Below are positions 10,186 to 18,832 of a stretch of 42,994 bases of DNA, piece after piece. Source of the DNA: a bacterium. Lineage in GTDB: Bacteria; Patescibacteriota; Saccharimonadia; Saccharimonadales; SZUA-47. The stretch lies in the NCBI GenBank assembly GCA_030430915.1, contig JAUIKH010000003.1, positions 1-42,994 of the forward strand. Reading direction: 5' to 3'. Both the position numbers and the translations under genes were made by a program. How positions within the stretch are numbered: position 1 is the stretch's first letter; each line of letters starts with the position of its first letter. The notes beneath the pieces were generated by a model. It searched no databases and was not told the origin of the DNA. It saw nothing but the letters and a program-made list of their open reading frames with translations.

Positions 10186-11054
10186 TATGTTTTATTGATT
10201 GCCTCGTCAAATTCTTTTGGAATTTCGGACTTAAAAGTTTTCTGGCCGTATTTCGGTATCTCTATCTGTAAGCTAAATGCATGTAACATTAACCTGTCAT
10301 TTGCTTTGCCTCCATATAGCAAATCCCCAACTATGGGATGACCTATGTACAATAGGTGTATTCGTAGTTGATGCGTTCTACCTGTTTTAGGCACCAACTC
10401 TAATAAAGAGTGCCTATCGGTTGTTTTTTTGGTTTTATAGTATGTCTGTGCACTTTTGCCTTCTTTAGAGACCATAAACTTTTTAGGATTTTTGGCATTA
10501 CGAATAATTGCTGCATCTATAAGTGCTTCATCATGATCTGTTTTACCCTCTATAATCGCAATATATTTTTTTATAACTTTTCTGTCGTGAAATTGATTTT
10601 GTAGTATTTTTAGGGTTTTTTCATTTTTTGCGCATATCATGACTCCACTCGTTGCTCTATCTAGCCTATGGACAATTCCAGGTCTTTCACCTGTCATATC
10701 GCTAACTCTATCTCTAATAAAGCTAGCTACTGATGCTTCCTGCCAAAATTTCCCTCGTGCATGAGAGATAATTCCGGCAGGTTTATCTATAACAATTACA
10801 TTCTCATCTTCATAAATTATTGGCAACTCTATAACCTCAGGCTTAGCCTGTAGAGGTCCTAAATCATACTCTAAAGTTGTACCAGGTTTAACCCGAAATC
10901 CTGGCTCAATTGCTTCATCGTTAATTTTAATAAGATTTAAATCAAACAACTTCTTTAAGGCGGCTCTAGAATATTCTGGTAATTGTAAAGATAAAAACTT
11001 ATCGGCTCTTATAAATTTAGAGTCTACTGGCAATGTCGTATACTGTTTGCTCAT
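10185..11054 (-). CDS. RluA/RluD family pseudouridine synthase
   Basis: N-terminal S4-like domain, IDKPAG, IVHRLDRATSG, TGRTHQLRIH and LMLHA motifs. Confidence 0.93.
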   Translation of the reverse strand: MSKQYTTLPVDSKFIRADKFLSLQLPEYSRAALKKLFDLNLIKINDEAIEPGFRVKPGTTLEYDLGPLQAKPEVIELPIIYEDENVIVIDKPAGIISHARGKFWQEASVASFIRDRVSDMTGERPGIVHRLDRATSGVMICAKNEKTLKILQNQFHDRKVIKKYIAIIEGKTDHDEALIDAAIIRNAKNPKKFMVSKEGKSAQTYYKTKKTTDRHSLLELVPKTGRTHQLRIHLLYIGHPIVGDLLYGGKANDRLMLHAFSLQIEIPKYGQKTFKSEIPKEFDEAINKT

Positions 11055-11167
11055 TTTTCTAGTGGTTTAAAAGGCAATAATATAATATCGCCAATGAATT
11101 TTGCCACCTTATTTATTGGCCAAAAAATTGACTTACTTTCCTTATTTTGACTGAATTCTTTATTCAT
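11051..11167 (-). CDS. 38-aa small ORF absent from the ORF track (MNKEFSQNKESKSIFWPINKVAKFIGDIILLPFKPLEK)
   Basis: Fills the trpS-rluD gap exactly, with an ATGA overlap at each end. Confidence 0.6.
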   Translation of the reverse strand: MNKEFSQNKESKSIFWPINKVAKFIGDIILLPFKPLEK

Positions 11168-12186
11168 CTAAGCCCCACTGCTTTTTGAACTTTGTACATT
11201 GTTTCTTTAGCTTGCTGATTCATTTTGGTTTCTGAATTTTCCAATTTACTAATAACTTCATTCTCTTCAACTTTTTTATAATTCGATTGGAAATCAGCTA
11301 GAAATTCACAAACGAAGTCTGCTACTTCTGTTTTTAGGTCTCCGTATCTAGTGTGAGATTCATATTTAGCGCATATTTTTTCAGTAGTACTGCCCGAAAA
11401 AGCTGCCAAAATATTAATTAAGTTACTGATGCCTGGTTGACTTTCAAAATTATAATTAATCGAGTTTAGACTATCGGTGGTTGATGACATTATTTTTTTT
11501 CTTGCTTCTTCTGGAGTGTCTGATAAGTATATTACTCCTTTGCTAGATTCTGAGGACTTACTCATCTTGACTCTTGGGTCAGTAAGGTCTCTAATTCTGA
11601 GTCTGGCTTGACTGTTTTCAAACTCCGCTTGTTTTTCTTCTGGCTCTGGCAACTGAAAAATATCACCAAATTTATTATTAAATCGTAGTGCTATATTCCT
11701 AGTTAACTCTACGTGCTGCGTTTGATCTGCTCCTACTGGGACGTATTTAGCACCATACAGGAGTATATCTGCAGCCATAAGTACAGGATAGTCAAACAGA
11801 CCAACGCTAACGTTTTTTTGATTTTCTGACTTACTTTTAAACTGAGTCATCCTACTCAATTCACCAAAGTATGTAAAGCTATTTAATATAACTGTTAGCT
11901 CACTGTGGGCAGGTATAAAGCTTTGTCGATATATATAGGTATTATCATTTTCTAAATCTAAACCTGCAGCTACAAACAGCTTTGCGTTATTTATAGATCT
12001 TTTGTAAAGTAGCGAATGATCTACTGGGGTTGTAAAACTATGAAGGTCGGGTATAAATAAATTTATTTGAAAATCATTTGAATAACGTTTTTGTAGATCT
12101 ATAATTGGCTTAAGTGATCCTAAGTAATTTCCAATATGCAAATCATTATTTGAGCGAATTCCTGTAAGTATTACTTGTTTAGTCAT
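11164..12186 (-). CDS. trpS: Tryptophan--tRNA ligase
   Basis: HIGN, YPVLMAADILLY, VPVGADQTQH and KMSKS motifs. Confidence 0.97.
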   Translation of the reverse strand: MTKQVILTGIRSNNDLHIGNYLGSLKPIIDLQKRYSNDFQINLFIPDLHSFTTPVDHSLLYKRSINNAKLFVAAGLDLENDNTYIYRQSFIPAHSELTVILNSFTYFGELSRMTQFKSKSENQKNVSVGLFDYPVLMAADILLYGAKYVPVGADQTQHVELTRNIALRFNNKFGDIFQLPEPEEKQAEFENSQARLRIRDLTDPRVKMSKSSESSKGVIYLSDTPEEARKKIMSSTTDSLNSINYNFESQPGISNLINILAAFSGSTTEKICAKYESHTRYGDLKTEVADFVCEFLADFQSNYKKVEENEVISKLENSETKMNQQAKETMYKVQKAVGLR

Positions 12187-12247
12187 ATGTATTTACCATT
12201 ATAACCTTTAAGTTCATTGTTAAAAAGTATATTACATTAACTCTTTT

Positions 12248-12433
12248 TTAAGTTTCATTCTGATGTGCTAGGTATATTATAGCTTCAGCACAAAATCTTT
12301 GAGGTGATCTATGGTCTTCAAAACCCATACTAACTTTATTTTTTTTGATTTCCTTTAAAGCCTCTTGTTGTGATATTAATGACTCAACTTGTGATATTTC
12401 AGCCTCAATTAGACTGTTAGTGGCATTTTTCAC
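12248..12433 (-). CDS. Hypothetical 61-aa protein
   Basis: GTG start with an AAGGAG Shine-Dalgarno 10 nt upstream; directly follows the terminator. Confidence 0.55.
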   Translation of the reverse strand: MKNATNSLIEAEISQVESLISQQEALKEIKKNKVSMGFEDHRSPQRFCAEAIIYLAHQNET

Positions 12434-12454
12434 TGTTATCTTTCTCCTTGAATT

Positions 12455-12481
12455 AAAAAACCGCCTCTTTTGAAGCGGTTT
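12455..12481 (-). terminator. Intrinsic terminator (candidate attenuator)
   Basis: Minus strand AAACCGCTTC-AAAA-GAGGCGG-TTTTTT. Confidence 0.85.
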
Positions 12482-12501
12482 GAAAATTCGTTATATTAAG
12501 T

Positions 12502-12582
12502 TTATCTTGAACGCACGTAGCAAACCGCTAATACATGGCTTTTAAACCAATATTGCATAAATGTGTTTACTACCTTATTCAT
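12502..12582 (-). CDS. Putative 26-aa leader peptide MNKVVNTFMQYWFKSHVLAVCYVRSR
   Basis: ATG lies 6 nt after TATAAT; the ORF contains a 9-nt segment complementary to the terminator 5' arm. Confidence 0.55.
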   Translation of the reverse strand: MNKVVNTFMQYWFKSHVLAVCYVRSR

Positions 12583-12588
12583 AATAAT

Positions 12589-12617
12589 ATTATATATCTA
12601 TACAATATAAATTACAA
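12589..12617 (-). promoter_or_regulatory. Sigma70-type promoter downstream of rpsI
   Basis: TTGTAA-17 nt-TATAAT. Confidence 0.65.
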
Positions 12618-12632
12618 GTTTACGAAAAAACA

Positions 12633-13028
12633 CTATCTCTTTGTAAATTGTCTCTGTTTTCTAGCGCCTTTAAGACCAAATTTCTTTCTCTCACGCTCTC
12701 TTGGATCCCGTCCAAGAAGGTCAGCTTTTTTAAGAGTTCCTTTTAGGCTTTCATTTTTTTCTGTCAAAGCTTTAGATATACCTAACTTAATTGCATCAAC
12801 TTGCGAGGAATGACCTCCGCCGCTTACCACAACACTAACATCGTATTTTTTGTCACCTATAACTCTAAATGGAGTTTCTAACTCGTTTAATAGTTTTGCA
12901 CTATTAGAAAAATAATCACTGGCAAGCTTATTATTGATTGTAATAATCCCTTTTCCATTAGTAACTCTAACTCTTGCTGTAGAGCTTTTTCTTCTACCTA
13001 AGGCATATGTGTAATGTGTATCTGCCAT
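12633..13028 (-). CDS. rpsI: 30S ribosomal protein S9
   Basis: GRRKSSTARV, SGGGHSSQ and RERERKKFGLKGARK..QFTKR. Confidence 0.97.
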   Translation of the reverse strand: MADTHYTYALGRRKSSTARVRVTNGKGIITINNKLASDYFSNSAKLLNELETPFRVIGDKKYDVSVVVSGGGHSSQVDAIKLGISKALTEKNESLKGTLKKADLLGRDPRERERKKFGLKGARKQRQFTKR

Positions 13029-13471
13029 TATTTCTTACCTTTCTTTAGATCAAGTATTGTGGGTTTTTGTGCTGAATGATTATGTTCTGCACCACTATAT
13101 ATCTTCAATCTTTTTAGTCGACCGTCACGTAATTTATTTACAGGTAGCATACCTCTGATTGATTTTTCTATTACTGATTCAGACCCTAGCGACATTTGTT
13201 CTTTAAGTGTTCTTGATTTAATTCCACCAGGATAACCAGTATGTCTATAGTAGACTTTATCTTCTAGCTTATTGCCCGTTATCTTAAGTTTATCGGAGTT
13301 AATAATGACTACAAAGTCACCGCAATCTATGTGTTTAGTAAAAGTTGGTTTACCTTTACCTGTTAGTAATTGAGCGGCTTCAGTTGATATTCTGCCTAGA
13401 GTATTTTGTGAAGCGTCAATAACATACCATTTTCTACTAATTTCAGATGGTTTTGCGCTGTACGTTTTCAT
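13028..13471 (-). CDS. rplM: 50S ribosomal protein L13
   Basis: WYVIDA, DCGDFVVIIN and YYRHTGYPGG. Confidence 0.97.
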   Translation of the reverse strand: MKTYSAKPSEISRKWYVIDASQNTLGRISTEAAQLLTGKGKPTFTKHIDCGDFVVIINSDKLKITGNKLEDKVYYRHTGYPGGIKSRTLKEQMSLGSESVIEKSIRGMLPVNKLRDGRLKRLKIYSGAEHNHSAQKPTILDLKKGKK

Positions 13472-13896
13472 TATTTACTCACTTTCTTGGTGTTATCTGC
13501 TTTTTTTACAGCTTTTTCTGGTTTAGCCTTAACAGAAAGATCATCAACAAAAGATACTTTTGCTAGCTGAGCATTATCACCTCTTCGTTGATCAGTTTTC
13601 TCAATTCTTAAGTGTCCACTGTTACGAGCACTAAGTTTAGGAGCTATTTCATCTACTAATTTATGAGCAGCTTCAAGTGTCATTAGACTAGAAATTATTT
13701 GTCTTCTGCTGTGAAGGCTATTCTTTTTAGCTTTTGTAATTAGCTTCTCTACATATGGTAAAACTTCCTTGGCCTTAGAAACAGTTGTTTCAATAGATTC
13801 ATTAAGAATTAAACTATCTGCTAATGATTTAATCAAAGCATTTCTCTGGTCTTTTTCTCTGCCAAATTTTCTTCCTTTGTATCCGTGTCTATGCAT
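13471..13896 (-). CDS. rplQ: 50S ribosomal protein L17
   Basis: MHRH..RKFGR, IETTVSKAKE and RRGDNA. Confidence 0.96.
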   Translation of the reverse strand: MHRHGYKGRKFGREKDQRNALIKSLADSLILNESIETTVSKAKEVLPYVEKLITKAKKNSLHSRRQIISSLMTLEAAHKLVDEIAPKLSARNSGHLRIEKTDQRRGDNAQLAKVSFVDDLSVKAKPEKAVKKADNTKKVSK

Positions 13897-13897
13897 T

Positions 13898-14842
13898 TTA
13901 TAGCTCCAGTTCAGCTAGCTTCTCTCGAACTTCATCAAGCGCCTTGCTCCCAAATCCTTTCAAGTCCTTCAACTCAGCATCGGTTAAGCTGAATAGATCC
14001 TTAAGGTTTTGGATGTCGTTATTTATTAGCGCATTTGTAGTTCTTGCTGAAAAATTTAAATCTTCAATTGATGTGGTTAGGCTGTCTTTTTCATCTTCCT
14101 CGGCATTAGTTAATGTTTCAGCTTGAGCATCGGCAAGCATAGAGAGTGCTTCCACTCTTGTTTTGCCAGCTAGCGCTTCGTACTGATTTATTAATATTGC
14201 GTTAGCTTCTTCAAAAGCATCTCTAGGTTCTATAGATCCATCAGTTTGCACTGTGATTATCAATTTATCTAGATCAGTCATTTGCCCAACACGTGTATTT
14301 TCAACTTTGTACCTTACTCTTAGTACTGGACTAAAAATTGCGTCTAAAGATATAAAATCGCTACTTTTTTTATGAGAAGTATTGTCAATCGTCTGATATC
14401 CTCTCCCAGTTTCGATTACTAATTCACCTTTAAATGAAACGCCGGACTTGTCAATTGTTGCAATATAATGATCTGGATTTACAATTTCTACTTCTGAATT
14501 TGTTTTAATATCAGCAGCAGTTATTTCACCTTTTGACTTTTTCTCAATTGCTAAGGTCTGAGGCTCTTCACTATAAACTTTAAAACGCACGCCTTTTAGG
14601 TTTTGCATTATGTCTACCATGTCTTCTTTAATTCCGTCTATGGCAGTGAATTCATGAGTTACTCCTTCTATTCTAAAAGAAGTAATAGCTGCGCCAGATA
14701 TACTTGAAAGCAATACTCTACGAATACTGTTGCCTAAAGTCATACCATATCCTGCATGCATAGGCTCTACAACAAAGGTAGAAACATTGCTATCTTCATC
14801 AGTTACGCTTGTAATAGTTGGTGTATTAATGTGTTTTGACAT
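13898..14842 (-). CDS. rpoA: RNA polymerase alpha subunit
   Basis: GYGMTLGNSIRRVLLSS and an alpha-CTD. Start moved to ATG 14842, which has a GGAGG SD and avoids overlap with rpsD. Confidence 0.97.
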   Translation of the reverse strand: MSKHINTPTITSVTDEDSNVSTFVVEPMHAGYGMTLGNSIRRVLLSSISGAAITSFRIEGVTHEFTAIDGIKEDMVDIMQNLKGVRFKVYSEEPQTLAIEKKSKGEITAADIKTNSEVEIVNPDHYIATIDKSGVSFKGELVIETGRGYQTIDNTSHKKSSDFISLDAIFSPVLRVRYKVENTRVGQMTDLDKLIITVQTDGSIEPRDAFEEANAILINQYEALAGKTRVEALSMLADAQAETLTNAEEDEKDSLTTSIEDLNFSARTTNALINNDIQNLKDLFSLTDAELKDLKGFGSKALDEVREKLAELEL

Positions 14843-14861
14843 TCTTGTTCTTTCCTCCACC

Positions 14862-15479
14862 TTATCTCGAGTAGTACTCGACAATTAATTGTTCGTTAAT
14901 ATCTGGTTCAGCTTCTTCTCTGCTAGGAGCTCCACTGACATTTATCGTTAACTTTTTACGATCGACTTTTATCCAGCTAACAATATTCTCTGCTGGTGGG
15001 CTAGTTTCATCAATTCTCTTAAAGTAATCAGTATTTAAGCTATGTTTCCTTACAGTTAGCACGTCTCCTTGTTTAAGTCTAAGAGAAGGGACATCAAATC
15101 TCTTACCATTCAACATAAAATGTCCATGTGTAACAAGCTGTCTTGCTGCTCTTCTGCTTGGAGCTAGTCCGGATCTGTAAACAACGTTGTCAGCTCTTTG
15201 CTCTAGCAAACTAAGTAAAACTTGTCCTGATTGTCCTCTACTTCTGCTTGCCTCTTTCATTAAGTTTGAGAACTGTTTTTCTAACAGCCCATAAAGTCTT
15301 TTAACCTTCTGTTTTTCTCTAAGTTGTAAAGAGTATTGACTAGATTTCTTTCTATATTGACCTGATGCTGCCTGGCCAGGTGGAGTTGAGCGCTTTACTA
15401 AAGCCTTGTGTGCCTTAGGATGCAATGCATAGCCTTCTCTACGGCTCATTTTTACAATTGATTGTGTATCTCGTGCCAT
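14862..15479 (-). CDS. rpsD: 30S ribosomal protein S4 (Cys-free)
   Basis: QLREKQKVKRLYG, ARQLVTHGH and EQLIVEYYSR. Confidence 0.97.
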   Translation of the reverse strand: MARDTQSIVKMSRREGYALHPKAHKALVKRSTPPGQAASGQYRKKSSQYSLQLREKQKVKRLYGLLEKQFSNLMKEASRSRGQSGQVLLSLLEQRADNVVYRSGLAPSRRAARQLVTHGHFMLNGKRFDVPSLRLKQGDVLTVRKHSLNTDYFKRIDETSPPAENIVSWIKVDRKKLTINVSGAPSREEAEPDINEQLIVEYYSR

Positions 15480-15481
15480 TA

Positions 15482-15916
15482 TTAGTTTCTCCTAGCCTTT
15501 TTTGGTCTAACGCCTCCGTGTGCAACAGCGGTAACATCTTTAATGCTCTCAACAGCGATGTCTAGATTAACTAAAGCTCTAATTGCGGTATCTCTACCTT
15601 GCCCAATACCCTTTACATAAACATCCACTTTACTAACTCCGTACTGTTGCTTTGCAGCATTTGCAGCCTTTTCTGACGCAATTTGTGCTGCGTATGCTGT
15701 ACCTTTTTTAGAGCCTCTAAAGCCGCAGGCTCCTGCACTTGATTGTGTTAAGACAGCCCCTGTTTGGTCTGTAAAGCTAATTATAGTGTTATTGAAAGTT
15801 GCTTGTATATGAAGCTGGCCATAAGCTACTGTTTTTTTGCTCTTCTTTCTTTTTTTAGCTTTAGTAGCTACTGGAGCGCTTATATCTGTAGTTTGTTCTG
15901 ACATTTTATTTACCAT
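15482..15916 (-). CDS. rpsK: 30S ribosomal protein S11
   Basis: IQATFNNTI and GFRGSKKGTAYAAQ; the true start may be ATG 15904. Confidence 0.96.
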   Translation of the reverse strand: MVNKMSEQTTDISAPVATKAKKRKKSKKTVAYGQLHIQATFNNTIISFTDQTGAVLTQSSAGACGFRGSKKGTAYAAQIASEKAANAAKQQYGVSKVDVYVKGIGQGRDTAIRALVNLDIAVESIKDVTAVAHGGVRPKKARRN

Positions 15917-15921
15917 ACTCC

Positions 15922-16308
15922 TTAAGTCTTAGAAACAGCTTTTTTAGCTGTTCCTCCAACAGTTACTTTCTTACCACGTCTTGTTCTAGCATTTGTTTTA
16001 GTCCTTTGGCCTCTAGTTGGTAGATTATTTGCATGTCTTTGGCCTCTGTATGATTTTATATCTTTAAGTCTTTTGACATTTGTTGTTACAACACGTTGAA
16101 GTTCGCCTTCTACTATATATCTTTCATTTATAACGTCTTGAATTCTAGAAATTTCACTATCAGTTAAATCTTTAGTCCTTACTGTGGGCGAAACACCAGC
16201 TTTCTCTATAATGTCGTTGCTTGTTTTTTTGCCAATACCATATACGTATCTAAGAGCATATAGGATCTGCTTTTCATTAGGTATAGTAACACCTGATATT
16301 CTGGCCAT
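15922..16308 (-). CDS. rpsM: 30S ribosomal protein S13
   Basis: MARISGV and LPTRGQRTKTNARTR. Confidence 0.97.
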   Translation of the reverse strand: MARISGVTIPNEKQILYALRYVYGIGKKTSNDIIEKAGVSPTVRTKDLTDSEISRIQDVINERYIVEGELQRVVTTNVKRLKDIKSYRGQRHANNLPTRGQRTKTNARTRRGKKVTVGGTAKKAVSKT

Positions 16309-16309
16309 A

Positions 16310-16426
16310 CTAACCCTGCCTTTGCTTATGTTTAGGCTTATATTTGTTTATAACGTAAAGACGCCCTTTACGACGTACTAACTTATCGTCAGGACTTATC
16401 TTTTTTACACTTGCACGCACTTTCAT
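16310..16426 (-). CDS. rpmJ: 50S ribosomal protein L36 (zinc-free type), absent from the ORF track
   Basis: Translates to [38 protein letters not shown] and sits between infA and rpsM. Confidence 0.97.
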   Translation of the reverse strand: MKVRASVKKISPDDKLVRRKGRLYVINKYKPKHKQRQG

Positions 16427-16541
16427 CCTTTAGAAATCTCCTTTTGTAGGACTGAATTAAATTATTTCATTTAATTCATGCGGATTGGTTATTTTATAAC
16501 CAACACACTGCTTAAATTTATAAATTTGTAGCATAAATATG

Positions 16542-16763
16542 CTAGCTCTTGCGATAGGTGATTCTTCCCTTAGTAAGATCATAAGGGGTCAACTCAACTG
16601 TCACAGTGTCTCCTGGAACAATGCGTATATAATGTTTACGCATTTTGCCAGCGACATGGGCTATAATTTGATGGCCGTTTTCAAGTTCTACTTTAAATTG
16701 AGTGCCTGGTAGAGTTTCTACGATCACCCCTGATAACTCAATTACTTCTTTCTTGTCTGCCAT
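16542..16763 (-). CDS. infA: Translation initiation factor IF-1
   Basis: [27 protein letters not shown]. Confidence 0.97.
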   Translation of the reverse strand: MADKKEVIELSGVIVETLPGTQFKVELENGHQIIAHVAGKMRKHYIRIVPGDTVTVELTPYDLTKGRITYRKS

Positions 16764-16782
16764 AAATTATATTCAAAGATGA

Positions 16783-16791
16783 ATTATAACA
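16783..16791 (-). promoter_or_regulatory. Extended -10 promoter for infA
   Basis: TGtTATAAT in the secY-infA gap. Confidence 0.5.
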
Positions 16792-16816
16792 GAAAGAAGT
16801 CAGTTAACCAAATATT

Positions 16817-18292
16817 TTATTTCTTTTTTCTTCTTAATTTCAGTCTGGATTTTTTTGGCTTACTTTTTTTGTCTTCTCCTTCAAAGTAGTCAGGAGAAGA
16901 ATAATCGTCGTATGTGACCATAAGAGCTCTTGACTCAACTTGCCTTAGTGTCTCTAGGGCTACCGCAACTAAGATTAGAACAGAAGTTCCGCCTACAGTT
17001 ATATTTGTGTTTAAGAAAATTTGGGCAATTATTGGACCCAAAGCAATTAAACCTAAACTAATACTTCCAAATAAAGTAAGTCTATTAACAATTGTCTTCA
17101 GATACTTTTCTGTATCGTTTCCTGATCTAATACCTTCAATAAAGCCTCCTTGTTTTTGTAAGTTTTCGGCTATTTCTTTAGCGTTAAAAGTAATTCCTGT
17201 ATAAAAATATGTGAACATAACTATAAGCAAAAAGTATGTTATTGGATATATATATGGTGTAAGTCCAGGCTGAGCAAAAGATTCAGAAGTAGGTGTTTGA
17301 AACCAAATTACTAAATTATTTCCAAGTTCGCTCATCCATTCCGTTGAAGATGATGCCATAATTTGACCAACGAAGCTAGGAACACTCAAAAACGCTACAG
17401 CGAAGATTATAGGTATGACCCCTGCTGTAATCATTTTTACAGGCAGTACAGTAGTTACGCCGCCGTACGCTCTATTTCCTTGGACGCGCTTGGCATAATT
17501 TATTGTTATCTCACGCCTTGCTTCATTTAATTTAACTACTGCCCAAGTAGTAAAGAGTACAAATAGTAGTAATATTATAGCTATAACTAAGGACTCAGTT
17601 CTATAGTTAATTGTTCTTCCCAGAATTGTTACTGTTTCTTCTCCAGAAAAAACACTGTTCACAATAGACGCAATTGTTGATGGTAGCTGCGATACGATTC
17701 CAGCTGTAATAAGTAGACTTATGCCGTTACCTACATTTTGTTCTGTAATGAGCTCTCCAAGCCACATAAGTATCATTGCTCCACCTGTTAGGGCGGCAAC
17801 CATTAATACCCAGTTTCCTAAATTTGCATTTGCTGTAATATCAATTCCAGATATTTGTTGTGCTTGCTGTCTAATTAAAACTATCGCACCAACAGACTGT
17901 ATTATCGCAAGTGGAAGAGTTAAAATACGAGTTATTTGGTTTATCTTCTTACGACCGTATTCACCTTCTTTATTGAGAGTCTCTAGTTTAGGTATAGCTT
18001 GAGTTAAAAGCTGCATTATAATACTGGCGTTTATATATGGTCCTAGCCCAATAAGCATTATTGAAAAATTAGCTAGTGCACCACCAGATAGTACGTCTAA
18101 AAAGCCCAATAGCTGAGTATCTTGAGTGGCTGTAAACAATGTATCTAGTAATTCTTTAAGTGTTGTAGGATCTGCTAGAGGTATAGGAATTTGTGCCAAT
18201 ATACGAAATACGACAATCATGCCAAACACAGCGAATATACGTTTTCGCATATCTTCGTGTCCAAAAGAACGCCATATTATTTTCCAGTTCAT
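16817..18292 (-). CDS. secY: Preprotein translocase subunit SecY
   Basis: LGPYINASIIMQLL, GNGISLLI, AGVIPIIFA and GGTSVLI; about 10 TM helices. Confidence 0.97.
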   Translation of the reverse strand: MNWKIIWRSFGHEDMRKRIFAVFGMIVVFRILAQIPIPLADPTTLKELLDTLFTATQDTQLLGFLDVLSGGALANFSIMLIGLGPYINASIIMQLLTQAIPKLETLNKEGEYGRKKINQITRILTLPLAIIQSVGAIVLIRQQAQQISGIDITANANLGNWVLMVAALTGGAMILMWLGELITEQNVGNGISLLITAGIVSQLPSTIASIVNSVFSGEETVTILGRTINYRTESLVIAIILLLFVLFTTWAVVKLNEARREITINYAKRVQGNRAYGGVTTVLPVKMITAGVIPIIFAVAFLSVPSFVGQIMASSSTEWMSELGNNLVIWFQTPTSESFAQPGLTPYIYPITYFLLIVMFTYFYTGITFNAKEIAENLQKQGGFIEGIRSGNDTEKYLKTIVNRLTLFGSISLGLIALGPIIAQIFLNTNITVGGTSVLILVAVALETLRQVESRALMVTYDDYSSPDYFEGEDKKSKPKKSRLKLRRKKK

Positions 18293-18329
18293 TTTTCCCT
18301 CATGAATACATTGATTTTAAGTATATCAG

Positions 18330-18338
18330 TTTGAAGAG
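18330..18338 (-). promoter_or_regulatory. Internal extended -10 promoter for secY
   Basis: TGaTATACT in the rplO-secY gap. Confidence 0.5.
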
Positions 18339-18361
18339 TTTCTCAACAAACTTTTAGAAAA

Positions 18362-18832
18362 TTACTTATCTTCGTTTTCAGTTTTTTTTGTAGATTTAGG
18401 TCTTTGAGTTTTCTCAAAGCTTCCACCGGCTTTAGTTATTGCCTCAATTGCCCCTTGCGATGCTCCCTGTAATTTAACCTGCACTTTGGATTTTAGTTCA
18501 CCTCTAACAACTACTCTGGCTTGCTGGTCAGGACGGCTTAATACTCTAGCTTCATAAAGTGTAAAATTATCAACAACACCTTTAAAATCATTTAATTTCG
18601 CAGTTGTTACCGTGACAGGTTGCTCTCTAAACTGTTTAAAGCCTCTTAGCTTTGGTATACGTGATATTAACGGGTTTTGACCACCTTCAAATCCAGGTTT
18701 TCGTCCACTGCCAGCTCTTGCTCTTTGACCTTTAGTACCTCGACCTGCTGTTTTACCTTGACCTGCGGAAATACCTCTACCAACTCTTTTAGATTTTTTG
18801 TCCTTTTTAACATTTAATTCATTATACTTCAT
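18362..18832 (-). CDS. rplO: 50S ribosomal protein L15
   Basis: RVGRG..GKTAGRGTKGQ and FEGGQNPL. Confidence 0.97.
   Translation of the reverse strand: MKYNELNVKKDKKSKRVGRGISAGQGKTAGRGTKGQRARAGSGRKPGFEGGQNPLISRIPKLRGFKQFREQPVTVTTAKLNDFKGVVDNFTLYEARVLSRPDQQARVVVRGELKSKVQVKLQGASQGAIEAITKAGGSFEKTQRPKSTKKTENEDK

Noticed and set aside
12187-12632. T-box riboswitch upstream of trpS
   Set aside because: No T-box consensus (GGTGGnACCGCG-like) or stem I with a specifier loop was visible; a leader-peptide model fits better.
12535-12813. 92-aa plus-strand ORF across the rpsI end
   Set aside because: It is antisense to rpsI and to the promoter/leader region, with AT-rich non-coding-like composition.
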